From an uncultured virus (IMG/VR IMGVR_UViG_3300044911_002384) (Duplodnaviria > Heunggongvirae > Uroviricota > Caudoviricetes), in the IMG/VR virus record IMGVR_UViG_3300044911_002384: a stretch of 20,000 bases of DNA, one strand, 5' to 3'. Positions 8,109-16,785 of the stretch are shown piece by piece (positions within the stretch are counted from its first letter, which is position 1; every line of letters begins with the position of its first letter). The notes under the pieces are model-generated. The model made no database searches and was not told the origin of the DNA. It saw nothing but the letters and a program-made list of their open reading frames with translations. The translations under genes were made by a program, and so were the position numbers.

Positions 8109-8697
8109 AATCTTCTCCTTGTGTAATTATGTTATAAATTTGTTTCCAATTTTTGACTACAGGGTATGGACATTCGTGTTTCATATTGTGTCCATGTTCT
8201 ACTAAAATACTTTTAAGTCCTAGTGCATGTCCAAGATCAGCATTGATAGGTTTATCTTCAATCCAATACAATCCACTGTTCTTGTATTCAGACAGTGCAT
8301 CATCTTTATCTGCACCAGTATCTAAAAAAACGAATTTTTCAAATGCTGTGGAACCAAATATTTTTTTAATATTCATTTCTCTAAGCTTTTGAGCATTTGT
8401 ATCATTACTTAGACTAGTTATACAATGAAACTTAAATCCGTGTTCTTCATGTAAACGTTTTACATAATATGTAGCATCTCTTAGACTAGGAAGAAAGCCA
8501 ATTGCTGCACTTTCATTGAATATTCTAATCAATTTTTTAGCTTCGTATTGATCCAAATCTTCGTACTGGTCGTGTAAGTAATAACTGTGTTTTCCATTTG
8601 GTTTGCTAACGTAACCACGTTCGGACATCCAGACATGAAATGCCCATTCCCAATCGAGGATAACTCCATCTGCGTCTGTAAGTATGATTTTTTCCAT
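8101..8697 (-). CDS. HAD-superfamily phosphatase, 5'(3')-nucleotidase-like
   Basis: ILTDADGVILDW (motif I), ITS (II), K (III), WIED (IV). True start is ATG 8697 (MEKIILTD); the 8790 start overlaps the PAAR gene. Confidence 0.8.
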   Translation of the reverse strand: MEKIILTDADGVILDWEWAFHVWMSERGYVSKPNGKHSYYLHDQYEDLDQYEAKKLIRIFNESAAIGFLPSLRDATYYVKRLHEEHGFKFHCITSLSNDTNAQKLREMNIKKIFGSTAFEKFVFLDTGADKDDALSEYKNSGLYWIEDKPINADLGHALGLKSILVEHGHNMKHECPYPVVKNWKQIYNIITQGEDYE

Positions 8698-8703
8698 ACT
8701 TAA

Positions 8704-8732
8704 AGTATATGTTAGATTTTTATTAATGTCAA
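8704..8732 (-). promoter_or_regulatory. Sigma70-type promoter TTGACA-N17-TATACT, leaderless transcript predicted
   Basis: -35 at 8727-8732 (contains the PAAR gene's TGA) and -10 at 8704-8709. The ATG follows 6 nt later with no SD. Confidence 0.75.
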
Positions 8733-9019
8733 CCACCTGCAAATACGTTTGGTGAACCTGCTGCCACTGCGGTGCAACCAGAAAGACCATCCCCTATTCT
8801 TCCACATCCTTTATTGTTCACTTTGACTGTACTGCTACCTGCGGCGATTGGAGCAGAGTGTGCTGGGCAAGGACTACCTGGTAATAAATGAACTGTATTC
8901 ACATCCCCTTGTCTACTTACAGGTTTGTTGTTAACAAAAACGTTACCGGATCCTACTGCCCTGACCATACCAGAGCAGTGCGCAACATCTGCATCACCAA
9001 TTCTTGTAACTGCTGGCAT
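8729..9019 (-). CDS. PAAR-domain spike tip protein (T4 gp5.4-like)
   Basis: MPAVTRIGD..HC, GSGNVFVNNKPVSRQGD...H, GSSTVKVN.KG.GRIGD...C...A.GSPNVFAG repeats. Confidence 0.92.
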   Translation of the reverse strand: MPAVTRIGDADVAHCSGMVRAVGSGNVFVNNKPVSRQGDVNTVHLLPGSPCPAHSAPIAAGSSTVKVNNKGCGRIGDGLSGCTAVAAGSPNVFAGG

Positions 9020-9020
9020 A

Positions 9021-9473
9021 TTAACTTCCTTTGTAATTATAATTGGCCATAAATTGCCTCATCGCTTCTAACGGATTTAATACTTGTTGTGTTACTGTTA
9101 GAGTTGAATTTCCATTGACAGTTAAAACATAAGTTCTTATTTCTGACTGTCGCTGATCTTGAGCTAATTCAAACAAATTTTTATCAGGAGGCATATTACC
9201 TCGACTTACTACAGAAATAGGAGTAGTAGTTAAATCACTTTCTCCTGGCTCTGTATATTTAAAAGTGTCTGTAAATGTAAATTCATATTTTCCGCTAATA
9301 ACTACAGACGAAGCCCCTCCTGTTATATTAATTCCAGGTTCAGAAGGAGATCCTGAAAGAATAGCAGAAACAGAAGAAATAGTTTCAAGCATATCAGGAA
9401 CAATGTTTATTGTTACTGTAAAAGTTTCACCTATTGTTACAGGAGTTAATGTAGCAGGACTAGCCGAGGCCAT
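9021..9473 (-). CDS. Hypothetical protein, beta-rich, possibly virion-associated
   Basis: Intact Thr/Ser/Val-rich ORF adjacent to the PAAR gene. Confidence 0.75.
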   Translation of the reverse strand: MASASPATLTPVTIGETFTVTINIVPDMLETISSVSAILSGSPSEPGINITGGASSVVISGKYEFTFTDTFKYTEPGESDLTTTPISVVSRGNMPPDKNLFELAQDQRQSEIRTYVLTVNGNSTLTVTQQVLNPLEAMRQFMANYNYKGS

Positions 9474-9669
9474 GGTTTTTATTTTCCTTGTCTATTAACA
9501 TTTGTAATCTTTTATGCCATTTTTCTATTTCTTCATGTTGCTCATGTGTATGTGGACCATCTGGTATTTCAGGCACGAACTCTATAATGTGATCGAAATC
9601 ATCAGGAATAGATTCCCAAGTAGTAAATGTTTTTAATTCTTCATTAATTAAAAAAACAAACTTGTGCAT
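9460..9669 (-). CDS. Hypothetical phage protein (69 aa)
   Basis: IPDDFDHIIEF.PEIP.GPHTHEQHEEI..W; tightly packed with its neighbours. Confidence 0.75.
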   Translation of the reverse strand: MHKFVFLINEELKTFTTWESIPDDFDHIIEFVPEIPDGPHTHEQHEEIEKWHKRLQMLIDKENKNHGLG

Positions 9670-9984
9670 TTAAGTTATGATACTTCCTGCACTTACTGGT
9701 TGAATACCTGTAGTTTGGAATACATATTGATTAGCTATTTCTTTGTCAGGTTCTGCAATCACAGTAACTAAACTTTTATTAAAGTTTAATTTACTGTCAG
9801 GATTAACAGTCATGACATATGGAGCCATTCCTATGCCTTTTTGGCTCATGGCTAGCATTACTACTTTTTCTAAAGTTATTGTACTCAAATCTTCCGATAT
9901 ATATTTTCCGATAACTTCTTCACCTGCTGACAACTTTAATGTTACTACGTCGCCGTCACTAAATTTTGATTTTTCAAATAACAT
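9670..9984 (-). CDS. Hypothetical protein, possible Sm-like/SH3 beta-barrel
   Basis: DVVTLKLSAGEEVIG...Y...TTGI pattern, common in T4-like phage small proteins. Confidence 0.7.
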   Translation of the reverse strand: MLFEKSKFSDGDVVTLKLSAGEEVIGKYISEDLSTITLEKVVMLAMSQKGIGMAPYVMTVNPDSKLNFNKSLVTVIAEPDKEIANQYVFQTTGIQPVSAGSIIT

Positions 9985-9985
9985 A

Positions 9986-10210
9986 TTAGCCTTTTAAATA
10001 TTGTTTAAGTTCTGTAAATCCACCAATTAGTTTATTATCTAAAAAAATCTGTGGAACTGTACGTGCTGTTGGTACTGCTTCTAATAAATCTTCTTTGCTA
10101 TAGCCATCTCCGATTTTGCGTTCTTCAAACTCAATTCCTTTGTGTGTTAGTAAGGCTTTAGCTTGATCACAAAATGGACAATGATACTTACTCCATACTA
10201 CTGCTTTCAT
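9986..10210 (-). CDS. grx: Glutaredoxin
   Basis: CPFC active site, RTVPQIF, IGGF; ATGA overlap with the nrdB stop. Confidence 0.95.
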   Translation of the reverse strand: MKAVVWSKYHCPFCDQAKALLTHKGIEFEERKIGDGYSKEDLLEAVPTARTVPQIFLDNKLIGGFTELKQYLKG

Positions 10211-11310
10211 AATGTTGGCAACTCCTCATAATCAATAGCGTCACTCATTACGCCTATAACATAATTAGTCGACTCATTCTCTTGTAAGGCAGTTTGTTTC
10301 TTACTAGTATCGCTGTGTTTGTTAAACCAAGGAATTGGTGTAGTCTTTGGAGCAGCGTGTTGATATTTGATTCCGATTTCCTTCAATGCGCCTACTGCTG
10401 TGTAGTCTACAAAATCTTTTAAGATATTAGCATTCAAACCAATAACAGGACCTTTCTTAAAAAGATAGTCGGCCCATGCTTTTTCTTCACGAATAACATC
10501 TTCATACATAGTGTATACTTCGATTTCACATTCGATTTTAGCACGAGCGAATCTTTCATCTTCTTTGACCACGTTGTTAATTAGCATGGCTGTCCATTCT
10601 TTATGGAGCAATTCATCTTGTAGAATCAAACTGATAATGTTGCCATTACCAATAAAGATTTTATTCTCTACCATGGCTAAACTTGTAGCAAAACTAACCA
10701 TAAAGCGGAATGCCTCTAAAGCATAACTGGCATTGAGTGCTAACCAGATTGCTTTGACATGTTCGATGTCAGTTACATTAGCTTCGTTTAATTCTTTACG
10801 ACAGTTTAGTCTATGTAATAAATCATAATACTTGCCTACACTACTGGCCATGTCAATAATTTCTTGTGTGTCATGAATAGTGTTAAACACTTCCTTAGGC
10901 ACATTATAGATGTTGCGGATAATGTGACTGTAACTACGACTGTGAATATTAGTTTCAAAGAAACTCCAGTTGTACATAAGTGCTTCTAGTTCAGGCAAAC
11001 TTACACAAGGAGTAAACACTTGTGCCGGGCCACGGCCTTGTAAACTGTCTAAGGCAGTTTGACGTAATAAATTACTAGTAAAGATATGTTTAACCGCATC
11101 GCTGGCTTCTTTAAAATCTCCGGCATCTTTAGTTAGACTAATTTCTTCTGGCACCCAAAAGAAACCACGTGCTGTTTGTTCTATTTTTTGTATCTTAGGA
11201 TACTTGACTTCTTCAAATCTCTGAATAGTAACTGGACCTTCTGGATCCAAGAACATTTTACGACTTAAATAGTCTGTTTTTGTTTGTAAGTTATATTGTT
11301 GTTTGCTCAT
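10207..11310 (-). CDS. nrdB: Ribonucleotide reductase class Ia beta subunit
   Basis: FFWVPEEISL, RQTALDSLQGR, ETNIHSRSY (His ligand and radical Tyr), LEAFRFMVSF, DELLH, ALQENESTNY. Confidence 0.97.
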   Translation of the reverse strand: MSKQQYNLQTKTDYLSRKMFLDPEGPVTIQRFEEVKYPKIQKIEQTARGFFWVPEEISLTKDAGDFKEASDAVKHIFTSNLLRQTALDSLQGRGPAQVFTPCVSLPELEALMYNWSFFETNIHSRSYSHIIRNIYNVPKEVFNTIHDTQEIIDMASSVGKYYDLLHRLNCRKELNEANVTDIEHVKAIWLALNASYALEAFRFMVSFATSLAMVENKIFIGNGNIISLILQDELLHKEWTAMLINNVVKEDERFARAKIECEIEVYTMYEDVIREEKAWADYLFKKGPVIGLNANILKDFVDYTAVGALKEIGIKYQHAAPKTTPIPWFNKHSDTSKKQTALQENESTNYVIGVMSDAIDYEELPTL

Positions 11311-11845
11311 TTATATGATTCCAATTAATTATTTTCCATTGGTTTTCTAAATACTTCTTTTTGTCAGCTTGGTAATCCAGAGCCCAAGAATGCTCCCACC
11401 AGTCTATCAATAGTACTATGTCTTTTTTTACTTCGTGATTTGTTATTGTTTTTATTTTACCACTTTTACTAAGATATACCCATCCGCTACCTTGTATACT
11501 CATTGCTGTTTTTTCAAACTCTTCTTTAAACTTATCAAAGGATTTATAGTGTTTGTTTATAAATTCTTCTATAGCACCTTCTGGTTTATTTTTGTTGTTC
11601 GGTGCTTGATATTGTTGAAAAAGAATGTTGTGTAAAAATACTCCTGCTTCATTGAACACAGGGTCACCTTCGCCTTTGTTATATCTTTCGGCATAGGTCT
11701 TAGCTAACTTTTCGTAATGATAGTTAATTGTATTTTCACTTATGCTAGGATTTAGTTCGTCCTTTTTATAAGGCAAAGGTTTAATACTTAATTTTTCATT
11801 ACGGCCTTCTGCAATAAATCCTTTTATAAATTCATAACTCATCAC
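11291..11845 (-). CDS. sod: Fe/Mn superoxide dismutase family protein (divergent)
   Basis: PLPY...L.P.ISENTINYHY, LHN, GSGWVYL, LLIDWWEHSW.LDY, INW. All four metal ligands (H, H, D, H) are present. Confidence 0.9.
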   Translation of the reverse strand: MMSYEFIKGFIAEGRNEKLSIKPLPYKKDELNPSISENTINYHYEKLAKTYAERYNKGEGDPVFNEAGVFLHNILFQQYQAPNNKNKPEGAIEEFINKHYKSFDKFKEEFEKTAMSIQGSGWVYLSKSGKIKTITNHEVKKDIVLLIDWWEHSWALDYQADKKKYLENQWKIINWNHINEQTTI

Positions 11846-14178
11846 AGCTTACAAGCCTCACAGTCTGCATCATCTAACAAGCTTAAATCCATTTCATGGA
11901 ACCCGTTCATCTTTGGTTCGCCTAGATCTTCTTGACTCTTAGATCCTGTTTTATTAATCAAGCTATAATAGAAGGTCTTAATCCCCCAATAATGCGCTTG
12001 CATTAAATTTTTTGCAATTAATGTTGTAGGCACTTTGCGATCCTGATAATGTGCAGGATTATAAAAAGTATTTGTACTAATACTTTGATCAACATAGGCG
12101 GCTAACACTGCGGCAGTTTTAATATATCCTGCACAATCTCTTTGATCCCACATTAATTGATATTTGTTTTTCAATCTGTGATACTCAGGAACCACTTGTG
12201 TAAACGAACCTGCTTTACTTTCCTTAACACTGATTAAGCTCATGGGCATCTCAATACCGTTCGTGCTGTTTATAACAACACTGCTACTTTCAACCGGAGC
12301 AATGGCCATTAGTGTAGCATTACGAACACCATGCTGTTTCATTTCAGCACGTAGAGGTTCCCAATCAAGTTCAGGAGCAAAGTTAGTTAATTCGTTTACA
12401 CCTTCTGCTCGTAGTTCCCAAGGAAAAATACCTTGTCCATATCTAGTCTTATCGCTGTCTTTACACTTGCCTCTTTCTTTGGCTAGTTCTACTGTAGCTT
12501 CAGTTAGGTAGTAAGCTTGATGCTCGATCCAGGTTTTAACCTCTCCCAATGCATCGGTTTCTCCGTATTTAAGACCTCGTTTAGCATGCCAATAAGCAAG
12601 ATTAGTAACACCAATACCCAAAGGTTGAATTTCGTCATTGCTCAGTTTACTCTGAATTGATAAGAAATCTTGATAGTCCAGTATGTTACATAGACTACGT
12701 TGTAAGATGCGACAAGCACGTCGCATATCTTCCGGGTTACGAAAGGCACCCCAGTTGATTGAACCCAGGGTGCATAGGGCAATACGTCCTTCTTCGTCAT
12801 CTAATCTTTTAAATGCCTTAGTGGGCAACAATATTTCACAACATAGGTTACTTTGATATATCGTATGATACTCAGGATCAAATGGTCCTTGATTCATCAC
12901 ATTATCTATAAACACAAGATAGATACGACCCGTGTCTGTGCGTTCTTTTAAAATTCCAGATTTAAAAACTTCTTCTGCTGATATAACTTTCTTGCGCAGA
13001 CCAGATACTTTCTCGTACTTGATGTATAAATCTTCAAACCGTTTCGTGTTTGTGTAGAAAGCTTCATAAAGGTCTGGTACTTCGTTGGGATCAAAGAAAG
13101 TAATGGATTCTTTATTTTTAAATCTGCGCCAGAAGAAAGCAGACAATACCACTCCGTAGTCCATGTGTCTGACTCGGGTCTCGTCTGTGCCTTGATTATT
13201 CTTAAGCACGATAAGATCATCAAACTGATGATGCCAAATTGGATAAAAAACAGTAGCACTAGCATTACGTATTCCACCTTGACTGCAACTCCTTAAATCT
13301 GCGAACCATTTTTTTAAAAAAGGCAGCATGCCAGTGTGCATGATTTCGCCACCGCGAATCGGAGAGCCTAATGGACGTAGTCGACCAATTTCTAATCCAA
13401 TTCCTGCACGTTTACTAGCATACTTAGCCATCATTTCTCCAGAAGCGAAGATACTATCAAGGTCATCATCGCTGCGTATAAGGACGCAGCTACTAAATTG
13501 CTTGGTTGGTGTTCCCAGACCAGCAAGAACGGGAGTAGCGAGAGTAAAAAGACCGTCACTGGCCGCTGTATAATATTCTTTAATATATCGCATCCTTGCT
13601 TGATTCGGCTCTTCACGATGAAAGACCGTAGCTGCTGCGACCATGTATCGAACTTGGGGAGTTTCATATATTTCCTTTGTGCTGCGATTCTTAACTAGAT
13701 ACTTTTCGATTAGTTGCTCGATTGCAGCATAACTGTATTGCTCATCTTTTGAATGATCTATCATATCATTCATTTTGTTCCAATCTTCTTCTGTGTACCA
13801 ATTTAATAATTCTTGTGTGTAAAGACCTGTGGCCACATTCTTCTTTACGATTTCATATAGACGAGGAGGTTCATATCCTCCGTATACATCTTTACGTAAC
13901 ATACTTAATCTTTGTTTGCCTGCTACGTACTGATAATTAGTGTGTCCTAAATCTGGATTGCTTTCGATATCGATTAAGTCAACAATAGCCCTTAGTGTAA
14001 TTTCATCGATTTCTTTTGTAGTGATGCCATCATAGAAATGAGGCTGGCTTTTGATTTCAATCATACTTTGGCTAACATCTGCTATACCGCTACACACTTT
14101 AGCAATCTGTGTCTGCCATTTTTCGATTGTTAGTGCTTCTTTTTTTCCGTTTCTTTTTATTACTGTGATATTAGACAT
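11842..14178 (-). CDS. nrdA: Ribonucleotide reductase class Ia alpha subunit with ATP cone
   Basis: VIKRNG ATP cone, TPV, QFSSCVL, SQGGIR, QSNLCCEI, LCTL, APVESSS, KTFYY, C-terminal CEAC. No intein or intron apparent. Confidence 0.98.
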   Translation of the reverse strand: MSNITVIKRNGKKEALTIEKWQTQIAKVCSGIADVSQSMIEIKSQPHFYDGITTKEIDEITLRAIVDLIDIESNPDLGHTNYQYVAGKQRLSMLRKDVYGGYEPPRLYEIVKKNVATGLYTQELLNWYTEEDWNKMNDMIDHSKDEQYSYAAIEQLIEKYLVKNRSTKEIYETPQVRYMVAAATVFHREEPNQARMRYIKEYYTAASDGLFTLATPVLAGLGTPTKQFSSCVLIRSDDDLDSIFASGEMMAKYASKRAGIGLEIGRLRPLGSPIRGGEIMHTGMLPFLKKWFADLRSCSQGGIRNASATVFYPIWHHQFDDLIVLKNNQGTDETRVRHMDYGVVLSAFFWRRFKNKESITFFDPNEVPDLYEAFYTNTKRFEDLYIKYEKVSGLRKKVISAEEVFKSGILKERTDTGRIYLVFIDNVMNQGPFDPEYHTIYQSNLCCEILLPTKAFKRLDDEEGRIALCTLGSINWGAFRNPEDMRRACRILQRSLCNILDYQDFLSIQSKLSNDEIQPLGIGVTNLAYWHAKRGLKYGETDALGEVKTWIEHQAYYLTEATVELAKERGKCKDSDKTRYGQGIFPWELRAEGVNELTNFAPELDWEPLRAEMKQHGVRNATLMAIAPVESSSVVINSTNGIEMPMSLISVKESKAGSFTQVVPEYHRLKNKYQLMWDQRDCAGYIKTAAVLAAYVDQSISTNTFYNPAHYQDRKVPTTLIAKNLMQAHYWGIKTFYYSLINKTGSKSQEDLGEPKMNGFHEMDLSLLDDADCEACKL

Positions 14179-14211
14179 ATTTCGTTTTCTTTTATGATAA
14201 GGTAGGTGTGT

Positions 14212-14219
14212 TATTTATT
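14212..14219 (-). promoter_or_regulatory. Putative late promoter (AATAAATA) upstream of nrdA
   Basis: Motif 33 nt before the ATG, immediately downstream of a 10 bp hairpin at 14221-14243. Confidence 0.45.
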
Positions 14220-14299
14220 GAAGACTCGTAGGCTACAAGTCTTTTCAACTAAATGTTTTTATACTGGTAACCATATACTTTATCAACTTTTATTAACAA

Positions 14300-14328
14300 A
14301 TAATATACTGTTTTATTTGTAATGTCAA
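14300..14328 (-). promoter_or_regulatory. Sigma70-type promoter TTGACA-N17-TATTAT upstream of nrdA
   Basis: -35 at 14323-14328 and -10 at 14300-14305. Overlapped by inverted repeat ACAAATAA/TTATTTGT. Confidence 0.7.
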
Positions 14329-14378
14329 TGGTTACATTTATCTTTGATACAATCCAAATTAACTATGTGTATAAAGAT

Positions 14379-16034
14379 TTATGGAAGATAACTTAAAGCT
14401 TTATAGGTAAATATCATTTTCGAAACATCTCCTATATTGGTATTAGTATATCTCAATTCGATTGCACCTGAAATAATGGTTGCACTAAATTGTATATTTT
14501 CCGCAGCAGAGGACAATCCTACGAATTCGTAATCATCTGCTAGTTGTATTGCGGTGGTACTTGCATCGATTGCTACAGAAATTTTTCCTCTACGAACTTG
14601 GTCATAACTATTGCTTCTTAATACATAATGTATTTCATATCCATAGTCAGGACTAGTTCCTCCTGTGTTAGTAGCAATAGGTAATCTAAATTTAGGTAAA
14701 GGTGCTCCAAGATTAGTGTTAAGGTCTACAGTAATTGTTTCTGTATTTTCTGTGTAGACATTGCCTCCAACTTCTGCTCGATAAGGACTACTCAGGTCGC
14801 TAGAAATTAAATTAGTTGCATCGAAGCTATTGTGTAAAATACTATTACCTGTTGCAATAAATTTTACTTTGTTATGATAAGTGTCAGGGAATAGATTGGC
14901 ACCATCTTTACCAACACCAACAAATGTATTGCCTCTTAGTTTGTTTCCATAACCGACATGTACAATAACCCCTTCTTGTTCTATGTCTTCGAAAAAGCAA
15001 TTGGAAATTTGATTATACCTAGGACCATAAACTTGTCCAATGCCAGCACCGTTAGCTGGACTAGTTCCATTACCGTCACTGGCACCAAAACTAATACCCC
15101 ATTTGTTTCTAACAAATCTACACTCGGTAAAGGAATTGTCTAAGATGTCTTCCTTAGCAAATATTCCATAAGTAAATCCATCCATAACGATACGATTGAA
15201 TTTGTTTCTTTGAGAAGTTACCGCAGTACTTAACGAGTATAAACCAATAGCAACACCATTAGCACTAGATGCTGCACTATCACCAAATCCACCTGTGAAT
15301 TCAATGTCTTCGAAAACACTATCTCTAACAGAGTGCATTTTTAAACCATGTACATCTACAGTACCTGTATTAACTGTAAAGTTACCCATGTAGATATATT
15401 TAGGTTGTTGGTTATATCTATCAGTATCACTTCCTGGCTGTTCTGTTATTCTGTTAGTGCTTGTAGACAAATCACTAATAAATTCAAATACGTTACTATT
15501 AGATCCTACAAATTGGAATATAGTTTTTCTAGGACCTGCACCTATTAAAGTCACATGGCTAGGAATATAGATGGTACTGTGAATATAATATGTTCCTGGA
15601 AGAAATTCCAGTGCTACTCTATATTCTGGACTAAACTTAGTAGTACCGCTAAGATAAAGATTATCGATAGCCCTTTGAATGTTAGCAGTCTGATCTACTC
15701 CGTTAGGAAGAATACCATAACTTGCACAACTAACACGATCATCTAATCTATCTTGTAATGTTCTTTCTACAGGATAATTTACACTTGCAGATGTTTGAAT
15801 ATTAGGATCATCTTCTTTATAGACGTAGTTAGCATAGTCTAACAGATTATCTGTATCTGTTAAAATCCTAGTATTTCCTACAGCTGGAGCACCTTCACTG
15901 ACAGCACCGTTACCAATATATAGTTTTTGTGTGTCAACAGCCCAGGCCATTTCTCCGCTGCTTAATTGAGGAATTCCTTCTGTTTGCTCTCTTCCTCTTC
16001 TAATTTGAATTTTTGAAATTTGCACTACAGCCAT
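14379..16034 (-). CDS. Virion structural protein, tail fibre/spike-like with probable beta-helix (pectate lyase-like) domain
   Basis: N-terminal VQISKIQIRRG...LSSGEMAWAVDTQKLYIGNG attachment-type motif; RTLQDRLDD.VS..YG...GVDQTANIQRAID...F.PGTY entry into a beta-helix; Asn/Gly-rich repeats. Confidence 0.8.
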   Translation of the reverse strand: MAVVQISKIQIRRGREQTEGIPQLSSGEMAWAVDTQKLYIGNGAVSEGAPAVGNTRILTDTDNLLDYANYVYKEDDPNIQTSASVNYPVERTLQDRLDDRVSCASYGILPNGVDQTANIQRAIDNLYLSGTTKFSPEYRVALEFLPGTYYIHSTIYIPSHVTLIGAGPRKTIFQFVGSNSNVFEFISDLSTSTNRITEQPGSDTDRYNQQPKYIYMGNFTVNTGTVDVHGLKMHSVRDSVFEDIEFTGGFGDSAASSANGVAIGLYSLSTAVTSQRNKFNRIVMDGFTYGIFAKEDILDNSFTECRFVRNKWGISFGASDGNGTSPANGAGIGQVYGPRYNQISNCFFEDIEQEGVIVHVGYGNKLRGNTFVGVGKDGANLFPDTYHNKVKFIATGNSILHNSFDATNLISSDLSSPYRAEVGGNVYTENTETITVDLNTNLGAPLPKFRLPIATNTGGTSPDYGYEIHYVLRSNSYDQVRRGKISVAIDASTTAIQLADDYEFVGLSSAAENIQFSATIISGAIELRYTNTNIGDVSKMIFTYKALSYLP

Positions 16035-16056
16035 CGCAGATATCCTTGTTATTTGA

Positions 16057-16064
16057 TATTTAGC
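16057..16064 (-). promoter_or_regulatory. Putative late promoter (GCTAAATA) upstream of the structural gene
   Basis: Overlaps the exonuclease stop codon, 22 nt before the ATG; AAGGA SD follows. Confidence 0.5.
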
Positions 16065-16779
16065 TGATTAGCTTGTAGTATTCAGACACCCTGTCACACC
16101 AACGTTCTGTCCAGTAGTCAAAATCTTTAGGTTCTAAGATAAACTGCTGATATTCTGGTTCTCCCCACTTTCCAGGCTCTATTTCTGGTGGACGAACACA
16201 CATCATAATTACGCCTTTTCTAATATTAGTACCATGCACTTCGTTATGTGCTAGAGCATAGGCAGTAAGTTGCAGAAAGTAATCGTCAATCCATTCTATT
16301 TTTTTAGGTTTATTAGTTTGTTTGAAGTCCAGTATACTTTCTTCACCATCGTGTATACCTACACAATCTGTTGTACCTGCATACAGTTCTGGAAAATACA
16401 ACGGAACTTCACTGCCCCATACTTCTCCTACATTAGGAAAACCTAGTTCAATGACTTTACGTGCCATTACCAAACTTTGTGCTGCATAAGGATTAGTCAC
16501 TGTTTCTTTTAGTGTTTCTCCTTTGATATAATCTTCGAGAAACTTGTGCATTCTTGTTCCGCGGCCAGCAGCTTCGGTTGTAATTTCTTGTGCTTTCTTT
16601 TCGCCTACTGCTTTTTTCCACGCGGCTAGTGCTTCACGTGCTTCTGCTGGTTTGGTTTTATCTAGAATAGTAGTAACGCTAGGAACACGACTGCCATCTG
16701 GACATGCATATAATCGTTTTCCAGATGACTCGTCGCGTTCTAGTTTTAAGTAATTAAATTTAGGTTGTAATAGTTTCAT
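16060..16779 (-). CDS. PD-(D/E)XK exonuclease (lambda-exo/Cas4/MGME1-like fold)
   Basis: PSVTTIL, RGTRMH..LE, SEVPLY, YAGTTDCV, ILDFKQT, YFLQLTAYA motifs. Confidence 0.88.
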   Translation of the reverse strand: MKLLQPKFNYLKLERDESSGKRLYACPDGSRVPSVTTILDKTKPAEAREALAAWKKAVGEKKAQEITTEAAGRGTRMHKFLEDYIKGETLKETVTNPYAAQSLVMARKVIELGFPNVGEVWGSEVPLYFPELYAGTTDCVGIHDGEESILDFKQTNKPKKIEWIDDYFLQLTAYALAHNEVHGTNIRKGVIMMCVRPPEIEPGKWGEPEYQQFILEPKDFDYWTERWCDRVSEYYKLIS

Positions 16780-16785
16780 AGTAAC

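Noticed and set aside
8698..8790. N-terminal extension of the HAD ORF (start 8790), and similarly the long starts at 7124 and 5637
   Set aside because: They overlap upstream genes. For the HAD gene, motif I begins right after ATG 8697 and a promoter sits inside the supposed extension.
10207..14178. Intron, intein or homing endonuclease in the nrd genes
   Set aside because: Both subunits have normal length and continuous motifs, and the intervening ORF is a SOD.
14296..14311. Possible NrdR box upstream of nrdA (ACAGTATATTATTTGT on the minus strand)
   Set aside because: Only a partial match to the NrdR palindrome, missing the conserved C and G, with no tandem second box. AT-richness and the -10 element explain it.
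16060..16779. Cas4/CRISPR system
   Set aside because: No repeat-spacer array or other cas genes, and no four-Cys Fe-S motif. It reads as a stand-alone phage exonuclease.
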